Shown here: positions 27,862 to 37,885 of the stretch, one piece after another
Position numbering within the stretch: the stretch's first letter is position 1
Layout of the letters: every line of letters begins with the position of its first letter
NCBI GenBank assembly: GCA_029248525.1
Contig: JAQWJE010000049.1
Span: forward strand, 549,836 to 613,835
Direction: 5' to 3'
DNA: 64,000 nt
DNA from: Candidatus Binatia bacterium
GTDB taxonomy: Bacteria; Desulfobacterota; Binatia; UBA12015
The notes under the pieces: model-generated
What the model saw: the letters and a program-made list of their open reading frames with translations, nothing else
Database searches by the model: none
Told to the model about the DNA's origin: nothing
Made by a program: the position numbers and the translations under genes

Positions 27862-30705
27862 ATGGCACGTGGCAAAAAAAGCGCTCCGACAGCGGGGCGG
27901 GCAAAGCAGAAGAAAGTTACCCGGAAAACGGCACCCAAGCGTGTGGCCAAGAAGGCCTCGGCAAAGAAAGCCTCTGCGAAATCAAGCGCGGCCAAGCCCG
28001 TAAAATACGCATATTCCTTCGGCGGTGGGCGAGCCGACGGGAATGCAAAACAAAAGAATCTGCTCGGCGGCAAAGGTGCCAACCTCGCCGAGATGGCTTC
28101 CCTCGGGCTGCCGGTGCCTCCCGGCTTTTCGATTTCGACAGAACTCTGCACTTACTATTATGACCACGGCCGGCAGTATCCCGATACTCTAGACGGACAG
28201 GTTCGGCGTGCCGTAGCAAAGGTCGAGAAAATCATGGACCAGAAATTCGGGGATGCCTCGAATCCTCTGCTGGTCTCGGTGCGCTCGGGCGCACGCGTCT
28301 CGATGCCGGGCATGATGGATACGGTCCTGAACCTCGGGATGAATGATGCCACGGTAGCTGGTCTGGCCGCCGCTTCGGGCAACGAGCGCTTCGCCTGGGA
28401 CTCCTACCGTCGTTTTGTGCAGATGTATGGCGATGTCGTCCTGGGCATGAAGCCGGAGAATAAATCCGAAACGGATCCGTTCGAGGATCTCATCGAGGCA
28501 AAAAAAGAAGCTCGTGGGGTCGAGGGCGATCTCGATCTGACGACCGACGACCTGCGCCAACTCGTGGACGAGTTCAAGGCCATGGTAAAGAGAAGTACCG
28601 GCAAGACCTTCCCCGAAGATCCCTGGGAGCAGTTGTGGGGTGCCGTCGGCGCTGTTTTTGGCAGCTGGATGAACGATCGCGCGATTACCTATCGTCGCCT
28701 CTATAATATTCCCGCCGATTGGGGAACTGCTGTGAACGTGCAGGCGATGGTTTATGGAAACCTAGGCGACGATTGCGCAACTGGCGTCGCCTTCACCCGC
28801 GATCCAGGCAACGGCGAGAAGGCGTTTTACGGAGAATTCCTCGTGAACGCGCAGGGCGAAGATGTCGTCGCGGGAACGCGGACGCCGCAAAAGGCGACCA
28901 TCGTGGCCTCGCGTATTGTGGCCAAGGCCAGCGGCATGACCGAAGCGAAGCGAAAAAAGACCATGCCTTCGCTCGAAGAAGTGATGCCGAAGGCCTACCG
29001 CGAACTGCGCAAGATCTCGACGACCCTGGAGAAGCATTACCGGGATATGCAGGACATCGAGTTCACGATCGAGCGCAATCGCCTCTTCATGCTGCAGACG
29101 CGTAACGGAAAGCGGACGGCTGCGGCTGCTCTCAAGATCGCCTGCGATATGGTCAAGGAGAAGCTGATCGACACCAACACCGCCGTGATGCGAGTCGATC
29201 CTTCGGCACTGGACTCCCTGCTCCATCCTCAGGTCGACCCCAAGGCGGCCAAGGATGTGCTCGCCAAGGGACTTCCGGCGTCGCCCGGTGCGGCCGCCGG
29301 AGAAATCGTCTTCAATGCGGACGATGCGGCCAATGCTGGCAAGGACGGTCGAAAGACCATTCTGGTTCGGGTCGAGACATCCCCCGAAGATATTCATGGC
29401 ATGCACGCGGCCGAAGGCATTCTCACGGCTCGTGGTGGCGCGACTTCGCACGCTGCTGTCGTGGGCCGGGGCATGGGCAAGCCGTGCGTGGTCGGATGTG
29501 CTGCTCTGCGGATCGACTATAATGCGCAGACGGTCACCGTCGGTGACCGGGTGCTGCGCGCAGGCGATGCGATGAGTCTCGATGGCGCGACCGGGGAAAT
29601 TTTCGTTGGCTTGGTGCCGACGGTGGAGCCGGAACTGTCCGGAGATTTCGGCAAGTTGATGAAGTGGGCGGACAAGGCTCGCACCATGAAGGTGCGCGCG
29701 AACGCAGACTCGCCACATGACGCCACGGTGGCTCGCGAATTCGGAGCCGAAGGAATCGGCCTCTGCCGCACCGAGCATATGTTCTTTGATGGTGACCGTA
29801 TTGATGCGGTCCGCGAGATGATTCTTGCCGAAGATGAGTCCGGTCGCCGCAAGGCTCTGGCGAAAATCCTGCCGATGCAGAAGCAGGACTTTGTCGGCAT
29901 CTTCAAGGCGATGGCTGGGTTGCCGGTTACCGTGCGTCTCCTCGATCCTCCCCTCCACGAGTTCCTGCCCCATACGGACAAGGAGATCACGGATCTGGCG
30001 CATAAAATTGGCGTCAAGCCCAAGCTTCTCAAGGAGAAGCGCGACAGCTTGCACGAGCTCAACCCGATGCTCGGTCATCGTGGCTGTCGACTCGGGGTCA
30101 CGTTCCCCGAAATCTACGAGATTCAGGTTCGGGCCATTATGGAAGCCGCCTGTGAGCTTTCTCGAAAGAAGGTCAAAGTCATTCCGGAGATCATGATTCC
30201 TCTGGTGGGCGTGGACAAGGAGTTGGAGCGCCTGCGCGAACTGGCTGTTCAGGTCGCCGAAGCGGTGAAGAAAGAATACCGCGCACGGGTCTCCTATAGT
30301 ATCGGTACAATGATCGAGGTGCCTCGCGCTGCAATTACCGCAGACGAGGTGGCCGAGCATGCGGACTTCTATTCGTTCGGCACCAACGATTTGACCCAGA
30401 TGACGATGGGGCTGTCTCGCGATGATGCGGGTAAATTCCTTCCCTATTATGTCGAGCATGGTGTTCTGGAAACCGATCCCTTTGTGTCACTCGACCAGAC
30501 GGGCGTTGGATTCCTCGTGGATCATGCCGTCCGCGCAGCGCGAAAGGTCAAGAAGGATCTGAAGTGCGGCATCTGTGGTGAACATGGTGGCGATCCCTCC
30601 TCGGTGATCTTCTGCCACAAGGTTGGCCTGGATTACGTTTCCTGCTCTCCGTTCCGAGTGCCGGTCGCTCGGCTTGCGGCCGCGCACGCGGCTCTGGGCG
30701 CCTGA
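27862..30705 (+). CDS. ppdK: Pyruvate, phosphate dikinase with a ~45-aa Lys/Ala-rich N-terminal extension
   Basis: Full PPDK (ATP-grasp, central His domain GGATSHAAVVGRGMGKPCVVG, PEP-utilising TIM barrel). The conserved start block NLLGGKGANLAEM is preceded by MARGKKSAPTAGRAKQKKVTRKTAPKRVAKKASAKKASAKSSAAKP. Confidence 0.9.
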   Translation: MARGKKSAPTAGRAKQKKVTRKTAPKRVAKKASAKKASAKSSAAKPVKYAYSFGGGRADGNAKQKNLLGGKGANLAEMASLGLPVPPGFSISTELCTYYYDHGRQYPDTLDGQVRRAVAKVEKIMDQKFGDASNPLLVSVRSGARVSMPGMMDTVLNLGMNDATVAGLAAASGNERFAWDSYRRFVQMYGDVVLGMKPENKSETDPFEDLIEAKKEARGVEGDLDLTTDDLRQLVDEFKAMVKRSTGKTFPEDPWEQLWGAVGAVFGSWMNDRAITYRRLYNIPADWGTAVNVQAMVYGNLGDDCATGVAFTRDPGNGEKAFYGEFLVNAQGEDVVAGTRTPQKATIVASRIVAKASGMTEAKRKKTMPSLEEVMPKAYRELRKISTTLEKHYRDMQDIEFTIERNRLFMLQTRNGKRTAAAALKIACDMVKEKLIDTNTAVMRVDPSALDSLLHPQVDPKAAKDVLAKGLPASPGAAAGEIVFNADDAANAGKDGRKTILVRVETSPEDIHGMHAAEGILTARGGATSHAAVVGRGMGKPCVVGCAALRIDYNAQTVTVGDRVLRAGDAMSLDGATGEIFVGLVPTVEPELSGDFGKLMKWADKARTMKVRANADSPHDATVAREFGAEGIGLCRTEHMFFDGDRIDAVREMILAEDESGRRKALAKILPMQKQDFVGIFKAMAGLPVTVRLLDPPLHEFLPHTDKEITDLAHKIGVKPKLLKEKRDSLHELNPMLGHRGCRLGVTFPEIYEIQVRAIMEAACELSRKKVKVIPEIMIPLVGVDKELERLRELAVQVAEAVKKEYRARVSYSIGTMIEVPRAAITADEVAEHADFYSFGTNDLTQMTMGLSRDDAGKFLPYYVEHGVLETDPFVSLDQTGVGFLVDHAVRAARKVKKDLKCGICGEHGGDPSSVIFCHKVGLDYVSCSPFRVPVARLAAAHAALGA

Positions 30706-30734
30706 GCGATTCAGCTCCGCCGGATCAAAGGTAC

Positions 30735-30779
30735 AAGAAATCCCGATCGGCTCCGTGCCGGTCGGGATTTCTTGTTTGG
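30735..30779 (+). terminator. Rho-independent terminator after ppdK
   Basis: 16-bp stem AAGAAATCCCGAtCGG / CCGgTCGGGATTTCTT with a 7-nt loop, followed by TGTTTGG. It lies 30 nt after the ppdK stop. Confidence 0.7.
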
Positions 30780-30864
30780 GCCTCCGAGCGAAAATAACAT
30801 TGAATATCTGGCCCCGGGGAGACGCTTCGGTGGAAACAATTCTCAACCCGGGTAGACTCGGGGG

Positions 30865-31740
30865 ATGGCAGCCATCCAAGTTCCGATCGACGGTGCGACA
30901 CGAATCGTGGGCATCATCGGAGATCCTGTCGAACATTCACGATCGCCCGCCATGCATAACGCGGCGTTTCGCGCGCTGGGAATTCCATGGGCCTATATTC
31001 CCTTCCCGGTGTACGGACGGAATGTCGGTGCGGCGGTGCGTGGTGTGCGGGCTCTCGGGATTACCGGGATCAACGTCACCATTCCTCACAAGGAAGCGGT
31101 TCTCCGTCATCTCGATGAGTTGACCGAGACCGCGCGGGCTTGTCGAGCGGTAAATACGATCATCAATCGGCGCGGCACGCTGGTGGGCGACAATACGGAT
31201 GCACCCGGTCTGACACGTGATTGGTCCGAAATTGGTTTGTCCGAAAAAGTCGACCTTGGGGTGGTCCTGGGTGCAGGAGGCGCTGCTCGTGCGGCTGCTG
31301 TGGCCCTGAGCAAACGGGCAAGGCGGATTGTCATCGCGGCGCGGCGTTCTCCTCGCGCTCGCGCTCTGGCGCGAGACATGAATCGGATTTCTCACGTTCC
31401 CGTCACAGGCGTGCAGCTCAGCGAACTGGCGCCGGAGCACCCCGCGTCAGCCGACCATCTGGGCGGCGCGGCGATTGTGGTCAACGCGACTTCCGTCGGG
31501 ATGAACGGCGAAGATTTCTTCCCGCTGGATATTGCCGCGACGCCGCGAGATTGTCGTTTCTACGATCTGATCTACACCGCGAACCGGACGCCCTTTCTGG
31601 CGATGGCAGCGTCAAGCCGTCGGCCCGTCTTCAACGGTTTGGGGATGCTCCTCCATCAGGGTGCGCTTGCTTTCGAGGAATGGACAGGTCAGCCCGCACC
31701 TCTGGATGTGATGCGCCGGGCTCTTCGCGCTCGTAAATGA
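30865..31740 (+). CDS. aroE: Shikimate dehydrogenase
   Basis: IVGIIGDPVEHSRSPAMHNAAFRALGI...NVTIPHKEAV...VGDNTDAPGL...LGAGGAARA. Confidence 0.85.
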   Translation: MAAIQVPIDGATRIVGIIGDPVEHSRSPAMHNAAFRALGIPWAYIPFPVYGRNVGAAVRGVRALGITGINVTIPHKEAVLRHLDELTETARACRAVNTIINRRGTLVGDNTDAPGLTRDWSEIGLSEKVDLGVVLGAGGAARAAAVALSKRARRIVIAARRSPRARALARDMNRISHVPVTGVQLSELAPEHPASADHLGGAAIVVNATSVGMNGEDFFPLDIAATPRDCRFYDLIYTANRTPFLAMAASSRRPVFNGLGMLLHQGALAFEEWTGQPAPLDVMRRALRARK

Positions 31741-33497
31741 AAAAATTTCAACGCGGCGGAAGACGTCGCGAGCCCCCCCCGCGGCCATCTGACGATCTCG
31801 AGCCTTGTTTGCGGGCGCTCGATGGTCGATCCTACGGCGATTACCGTTGTCTCGAGGGCGATCCTTTCTCGCTGGGCTCGTTCACTCTGACATTCGATCG
31901 TGTGCAAGCAGACCCCTTTGCGCCACCAAGTCGTCTGAGCGTGGAAATCCCGACGCTCTGGCTGGATTTGCCGGCGGAAACCCGCAGCACCCTCGATCAA
32001 TGTCGCGCGTCCGGAGATTTCCTGCACCGAGCCTTGCGGGTAAGCATGTGCGCCGGCGCAGGCGCCGGTGGGTCGCGCGCATCAGGTGTCCTCGGGATGG
32101 TGGCCGTCGGTCAGGAAGTCCTCGACCGCAGCGCGGTATTGGTCCGCGCCGACGGCAGCTGCCGAATACGACTCACAGCCGGACTCCCGGCCACGGGTCG
32201 CCGGATTCGTGGTCGCGCCGCTGTGTCGATGTTTCTCGACAGCTTGCCCCGGATCCTGAACGAAGCCATCAGCACCGAGGCACTGGACCATGCAGCTTTG
32301 AGGCATCAGGTTGCGGTTGTCGAAGATCAGGTTTTCCTGCGGCAGGAGTTGCGGAAGCGCGGGTTGGTCGCCTTCCTCGGAGACGGCGCAATTCTGCCGC
32401 GAGCGAGCGGTATCGACGATCGTCCACTCGTATCCGGGTTGCCGATTCTGGCGCCGCCGTCTCTAGCCATTGAAATCGAGTTGCCCCACGCCGGTCGAAT
32501 CCGTGGGATGGGGATTCCGGAGGGCGTCACGCTGATTGTCGGCGGGAGCTATCACGGCAAGTCGACTCTCCTGCAGGCGATGGCGCGCTCGGTTTGGGAT
32601 CAGATCCCCGGAGACGGCCGCGAAAGGTGCGTGTCACGGAGCGAGACCGTCTGCGTCCGTGCCGAAAATGGTCGATCGATCGCTGGTGTCGATTTACGAC
32701 CGTTTCTGAGAAATCTTCCGCTTGATCGGCCGACCGAAAACTTCTGTACCGCGGACGCTTCGGGAGCGACTTCGCAGGCGGCAGCGGTTCTTGAGTCTAT
32801 CGAAGCCGGTGCCACGGCCTTGCTGGTGGATGAGGATACCGCAGCCACCAATTTCATGATCCGAGACGCGCGAATGCGCCGCCTGGTGCCGTCGAGCGAG
32901 GAGCCGATTACCCCCTACCTCGACCGTGTGCGCCAGTTGGCTGAAGAGAAAAAAGTTTCTTCGGTTCTCGTCGTGGGCGGGGCGGGGGATTATCTGGATG
33001 TGGCCGATACGGTGATTCGCATGGCGAGCTATGCGCCCTGCGAGGTGACGGAGGAGGCCCACCGCATTGCCGGTGAGCTGCCCGCGAGCATATCCGAGGG
33101 ACCGCAAGCGCCGGGCGAGTGGCCCCTTGCGGCGCTTCGCTATCCGCAGCCGCGCTCGTTTGTCGCATCGGGTCGGGGTCGATCGGCGCGCGTCCGGCGA
33201 GGGGATGGCTACCGGCTTGCCTTCGGGGATCAGACGCTTGATCTTTCGGCAGCCGAACAATTGGTCGACCCGGGACAGGTGGCGCTGATCGGCGATCTGC
33301 TTCTGTATCTGGGTCGCGAGCTCTGTGACGGCACGGTCACGCTTACCGATCTTCTCGCTTCGGTCGGAGAGGATCTTCGGTGCCGTGGCGTCGGTGCTCT
33401 GGCCGCGCCCGGGTTTGGCGACCGGGCCGCTGTCCGTCCGCTCGATCTGGCCTTTGCCATCAATCGGCTGCGTTCTCTCGTGTGCAGCAGGGCCTGA
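31737..33497 (+). CDS. Predicted ABC-class ATPase of unknown function (pfam09818-like)
   Basis: 586 aa. N-terminal LDGRSYGDYRCLEG...RVQADPFAPPSRL, Walker A GGSYHGKSTLLQA and Walker B LLVDEDTAATNF. Its ATG overlaps the aroE stop. Confidence 0.55.
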   Translation: MKKFQRGGRRREPPPRPSDDLEPCLRALDGRSYGDYRCLEGDPFSLGSFTLTFDRVQADPFAPPSRLSVEIPTLWLDLPAETRSTLDQCRASGDFLHRALRVSMCAGAGAGGSRASGVLGMVAVGQEVLDRSAVLVRADGSCRIRLTAGLPATGRRIRGRAAVSMFLDSLPRILNEAISTEALDHAALRHQVAVVEDQVFLRQELRKRGLVAFLGDGAILPRASGIDDRPLVSGLPILAPPSLAIEIELPHAGRIRGMGIPEGVTLIVGGSYHGKSTLLQAMARSVWDQIPGDGRERCVSRSETVCVRAENGRSIAGVDLRPFLRNLPLDRPTENFCTADASGATSQAAAVLESIEAGATALLVDEDTAATNFMIRDARMRRLVPSSEEPITPYLDRVRQLAEEKKVSSVLVVGGAGDYLDVADTVIRMASYAPCEVTEEAHRIAGELPASISEGPQAPGEWPLAALRYPQPRSFVASGRGRSARVRRGDGYRLAFGDQTLDLSAAEQLVDPGQVALIGDLLLYLGRELCDGTVTLTDLLASVGEDLRCRGVGALAAPGFGDRAAVRPLDLAFAINRLRSLVCSRA

Positions 33498-33644
33498 AAA
33501 TACTGGTTCCGCAGGACTTTCAGACGAATTGCGTCATCGGCCATGGAAGCATGACTATGCGGGGCAGTAGAGCAAAGCCTATAAATATCGCGTTTGCGCT
33601 AAGGGTCGTGCGCAAAGCGCCGATAGGTCTATCGAGGTCAATTT

Positions 33645-35399
33645 GTGGGCAGCGTAGAATCATTGGTCAAGCGGGGTGGCGGTACCGAGCGTAATGCGCA
33701 GGTTCCGACCAGCCGTGTCGGGGAGCTTCTCCTGCGACAGGGTCTGATTGCCGAGGGCGACCTTCGCCTGGCGCAATCTCGTTTGCGTGAAGCTGGTGGT
33801 GCACTGACGACTCATATTGTGCGCCAATGTGAGATCACGGAGGCGGATCTCCTGACGGCCTTGCAGGAAGAATATCATCTTCCGGTCGTCGATCCCGGAT
33901 CGCTGGAACTTGCGGATGAGTTGGTGGATGTTTTGCCCGCAGTAATCGCGATCAAATTTCAGGTTGTCCCGGTTAATTTGAGCCGAACGACGCTGACGCT
34001 GGCGATGGCCGACCCCTCCAACCTGGCTGCCATCAATGAAGTCAAATTTCTCACCGGATTCGATGTCCGTGCAGCCATTGCGAGTCCGACATCGGTCGAG
34101 AAATGTATCGAGCGCCACTACGAGCAGAACGTCAATTATGGCGACGTTCTCTCCGAACTTGGTGATGAGGATATGGAAGTCGTTCGAGCGGACGAAGACT
34201 TCGACCTCAAACAGTTGGAAAAAGCCACGGAAGAGGCGCCGGTCGTCAAGCTGGTCAACGCGCTTTTAGCCGATGCGATCAAGAAAAGAGCTTCGGATAT
34301 TCACATCGAGCCGTACGAGAAATCTCTGCGCGTTCGCTTTCGTGTGGATGGCGTTCTGCAAGAGATCATGCAGCCGCCGCTGAAATTGAAGAACGCGATT
34401 ACCTCTCGGATCAAGGTGATGGCCTCTCTCGATATTGCGGAGCGCCGGTTGCCGCAGGACGGACGTATCAAGGTGAAATTGGCGCAGGGGCGTGAGATCG
34501 ATCTACGTGTCTCGACCTTGCCGACCCTTTTCGGTGAAAAAGTGGTTCTGCGAATCCTCGACAAGAATGGCGTGCAACTCGACCTGGAAAAGCTCGGATT
34601 CACAGGCCAATCGTTGGCGCATTTTCAGGAGGCGATCGCCCAGCCCTACGGGATGATTCTCGTTACGGGCCCGACAGGGTCGGGCAAGACCACGACTCTG
34701 TACTCGGCGCTTGCGCAATTGAATGATGCGGGCACCAATATCTCGACAGCCGAGGATCCCGTCGAATATAATCTGCCCGGCATCAATCAGATGCAGACCC
34801 ACGAGGATATCGGTCTGAATTTTGCGGCCGCGCTGCGATCGTTTCTTCGTCAGGATCCCGATGTGATCATGGTGGGTGAGATCCGCGATTTTGAAACCGC
34901 CGAAATTTCGGTGAAAGCTGCACTGACCGGGCATCTTGTCTTTTCGACAGTGCATACCAACGATGCGCCTTCGACGGTCAATCGTCTGCTGAATATGGGC
35001 ATCGAACCGTTCCTGATCGCTTCTTCGGTGAATTTGATCATGGCGCAACGTCTGGCTCGAAGTGTTTGTCCAAAATGCCGCGAGCCCTATGAATTACCGA
35101 TGCAGGCGTTGATTGACCTTGGCGTCCCTGCCGAGGAAGCCGCCCCTGTCCAGACATGGAAAGGGAAAGGCTGCTCGCATTGCGGGGATACAGGTTATCG
35201 CGGGCGCACCGCGCTCTACGAAGTGATGCGGGTCACCGATGAGCTCCGGGAGTTGGTGCTTGCCGGAGCGACAGCCACCGAACTCAAGCAACAGGCCGTT
35301 CAGGATGGAATGGTCACCCTGCGGCAGGCGGGGATCACGAAAATCTCCGCCGGGGAGACCACGGTGGAAGAGGTCATGCGCGTCACTATGGCCGACTGA
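33645..35399 (+). CDS. pilB: Type IV pilus assembly ATPase PilB (GspE family)
   Basis: N-terminal T2SE_Nter domain (VGELLLRQGLIAEGDL...VPVNLSRTTLTLAMADPSN...VKFLTGFDV) closely resembles Myxococcus PilB. Walker A GPTGSGKTTTLY and a tetracysteine motif (CPKCR...CSHCGDTG) follow. GTG start; a TTG at 33663 is also possible. Confidence 0.9.
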   Translation: MGSVESLVKRGGGTERNAQVPTSRVGELLLRQGLIAEGDLRLAQSRLREAGGALTTHIVRQCEITEADLLTALQEEYHLPVVDPGSLELADELVDVLPAVIAIKFQVVPVNLSRTTLTLAMADPSNLAAINEVKFLTGFDVRAAIASPTSVEKCIERHYEQNVNYGDVLSELGDEDMEVVRADEDFDLKQLEKATEEAPVVKLVNALLADAIKKRASDIHIEPYEKSLRVRFRVDGVLQEIMQPPLKLKNAITSRIKVMASLDIAERRLPQDGRIKVKLAQGREIDLRVSTLPTLFGEKVVLRILDKNGVQLDLEKLGFTGQSLAHFQEAIAQPYGMILVTGPTGSGKTTTLYSALAQLNDAGTNISTAEDPVEYNLPGINQMQTHEDIGLNFAAALRSFLRQDPDVIMVGEIRDFETAEISVKAALTGHLVFSTVHTNDAPSTVNRLLNMGIEPFLIASSVNLIMAQRLARSVCPKCREPYELPMQALIDLGVPAEEAAPVQTWKGKGCSHCGDTGYRGRTALYEVMRVTDELRELVLAGATATELKQQAVQDGMVTLRQAGITKISAGETTVEEVMRVTMAD

Positions 35400-35537
35400 T
35401 CGAGGTTGCTCCATTCAAGAAACCATCAGCGGCTACCGAAGGATCAGACAGAAATTGGGTCGAGTTGAGGGATGCATGAGTGCTGCTCAATGCAGGGTTG
35501 GCACGAACAAGCGGACGATTCGGGGAGGGATTTCAAA

Positions 35538-36653
35538 ATGCAGATGCAGGATTTTTTCGAAGCGATGGCCGATCAGGGAGCTTCCGATTTGCACCTCACG
35601 GAGGGGGCCGCGCCCACCATCCGCATTCACGGAGAGATGACACCCCTGGAACATCCGCGACTCAATTCCACCGAGACCCGGCAGCTCTGTTACAGCGTCC
35701 TCTCGGAGGAGCAGAAAAAGCAATTCGAGGAAGAATCCGAGTTGGATTTCTCGTTCGGCGTGCAGGGAATCTCGCGTTTTCGCGGCAACCTCTTTGTGCA
35801 GAAGGGCGCGGTCGGTGCTGTCTTCCGCGCCATCCCCCACGAGGTGCCGCCGATCGCAGATCTAGGTCTACCTCGAACTGTCGAAGATTTGATCAAGCTC
35901 CCCCGGGGCCTGGTTCTGGTGACCGGCCCTACAGGGAGCGGCAAGTCCACGACGATGGCCTCGATGGTTGATCAAATCAACGAAACCCGCGCCGAACATA
36001 TCATGACCGTCGAAGATCCAATCGAGTTCATTCATCCTCATAAGCGCTGCGTGGTTAACCAGCGAGAAGTTTTTGCAGATACGCAAAGTTTTGGTCAGGC
36101 CTTGAAGCATATTCTGCGTCAGGATCCGGATGTGGTTCTGGTTGGTGAGTTGCGGGATCTGGAAACAATCGAAGCCGCTTTGACGATTGCGGAGACCGGA
36201 CATCTGGTCTTTGCGACCCTCCATACGAATTCGGCAGTGCAGACAATCAACCGTGTGATCGATGTCTTTCCGGCGCACCAGCAATCGCAGGTCCGAGCCC
36301 AGCTTTCCCTGGTTCTCGAAGCGGTCATTTCACAGACATTATTGCCCCGTGCGGACAAGGATGGCCGCGTCATGGCCTGCGAATTGATGATCCCGAATGC
36401 AGCAATACGGAATTTGATCCGCGAAGAGAAAGTCCACCAACTCTACTCGCAGATGCAGGTGGGCCAGGACAAAAACGGTATGGTGACGTTGTCCCAGTCC
36501 CTCCTGGACCTGCACAGTCGCGGAATGATCTCACGTGAAGCTGCTTTGCTCGCAGCGACCGAATCCGAGGAACTGGAACGCATGATGGGCGCGTCGCCCA
36601 CCGACCGTCAGAAGGGTGGCGGGGTTTCCCCGCGCATCACTTTGGCACGCTGA
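35538..36653 (+). CDS. pilT: Twitching-motility retraction ATPase PilT
   Basis: ATG 35538 with GGGGAGGGA upstream gives MQMQDFFEAMADQGASDLHLTEGAAPTIRIHGEM. Walker A GPTGSGKSTT, ILRQDPDVVLVGELRD and the AIRNLIRE motif typical of PilT/PilU are present. Confidence 0.85.
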   Translation: MQMQDFFEAMADQGASDLHLTEGAAPTIRIHGEMTPLEHPRLNSTETRQLCYSVLSEEQKKQFEEESELDFSFGVQGISRFRGNLFVQKGAVGAVFRAIPHEVPPIADLGLPRTVEDLIKLPRGLVLVTGPTGSGKSTTMASMVDQINETRAEHIMTVEDPIEFIHPHKRCVVNQREVFADTQSFGQALKHILRQDPDVVLVGELRDLETIEAALTIAETGHLVFATLHTNSAVQTINRVIDVFPAHQQSQVRAQLSLVLEAVISQTLLPRADKDGRVMACELMIPNAAIRNLIREEKVHQLYSQMQVGQDKNGMVTLSQSLLDLHSRGMISREAALLAATESEELERMMGASPTDRQKGGGVSPRITLAR

Positions 36654-36661
36654 GGTTTCTG

Positions 36662-37885
36662 ATGCCTGTTTTTGCATACGAAGGCCGGACGGCCAGTGGC
36701 AAGATTCTGCGCGGCGATATGGAAGCCGACTCCCGGGAGGCGGTGATTTCCCGACTGCGCTCCCAACGCATTCAACCGATTACCAAGAAGATCAAGGAAA
36801 AGGGCAAAGGCCTTTCTCGCGAAATTAATCTTCCAACGATTGGAAACCCGGTCTCGCAGCAGGAAGTGGTGGTTTTCACCCGTCAGCTGACCACAATGGT
36901 CGAGTCGGGGATGCCGCTTGTCCAGACGCTCGACATTCTCGGGTTGCAGAGCGAGAACAAGCATTTCAAGAAAGAAATTCTCGCGGTCAAGGAATCTGTC
37001 GAATCCGGAGCGACATTCTCCGAAGCATTGCACCGCTTTCCCGGCACCTGGGACGAGCTCTATACGAATATGGTTCAGGCGGGCGAGATTGGCGGGATCC
37101 TCGATACGATTCTGTCCCGGCTCTCTGTCTATATGGAGAAATCGCTCTCTCTCAAGCGTAAAATCAAAGGAGCGATGATCTATCCGGTCACCATTCTATC
37201 GGTCGCCGTTGCTGTGACCATGGTGCTTCTGGTGTTCGTGATCCCGGTTTTCGGGGAACTCTTCGGTAGTTTCGGGCAGGCGCTTCCCTTGCCGACGCAG
37301 TTGGTCATCAACCTCTCGGATTTTGTGATTCAGTACGTGCATTGGATGCTTCTGAGTTTCGCGTTGGTGGTCTTCGGTATACGGCAGGCGGCCCGGACGG
37401 AACAGGGACGAACGATTCTGGATCGTCTGCTGTTGAAAATGCCGGTGCTCGGTTCGTTGTTGCTCAAGGCCTCGGTAGCCCGATTTTCGAGAACTCTCGG
37501 AACGCTGGTCTCCTCGGGCGTCCCGATTCTGGATGCGCTGACGATCACGGCGAAAACCGCTGGCAACAAGGTGGTTGAAAAAGCCGGCTTTTCCGTTCGG
37601 GAAAGTATTAGCCAGGGGCATACCATGCTCGAGCCCTTGCTGGCCTCGGGCGTTTTTCCCCCGATGGTCTGTCAGATGATCGGTGCCGGTGAGATGACCG
37701 GGTCGATCGATCAGATGCTGCAGAAAGTCGCTGATTTCTACGAAGAGGAAGTCGATAACGCGGTGGCCAACCTGACGGCATTGATGGAGCCTCTGGTGAT
37801 CGTGGTACTGGGTGTGATCATCGGCGGATTGGTGGTCTCGATGTATCTTCCGATCTTTCAGATGGGCTCGGTCCTCGGCGCCTGA
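36662..37885 (+). CDS. pilC: Type IV pilus platform protein PilC (GspF family)
   Basis: 407 aa with two T2SSF repeats (LTTMVESGMPLVQTL...; FSRTLGTLVSSGVPILDAL). Confidence 0.9.
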   Translation: MPVFAYEGRTASGKILRGDMEADSREAVISRLRSQRIQPITKKIKEKGKGLSREINLPTIGNPVSQQEVVVFTRQLTTMVESGMPLVQTLDILGLQSENKHFKKEILAVKESVESGATFSEALHRFPGTWDELYTNMVQAGEIGGILDTILSRLSVYMEKSLSLKRKIKGAMIYPVTILSVAVAVTMVLLVFVIPVFGELFGSFGQALPLPTQLVINLSDFVIQYVHWMLLSFALVVFGIRQAARTEQGRTILDRLLLKMPVLGSLLLKASVARFSRTLGTLVSSGVPILDALTITAKTAGNKVVEKAGFSVRESISQGHTMLEPLLASGVFPPMVCQMIGAGEMTGSIDQMLQKVADFYEEEVDNAVANLTALMEPLVIVVLGVIIGGLVVSMYLPIFQMGSVLGA

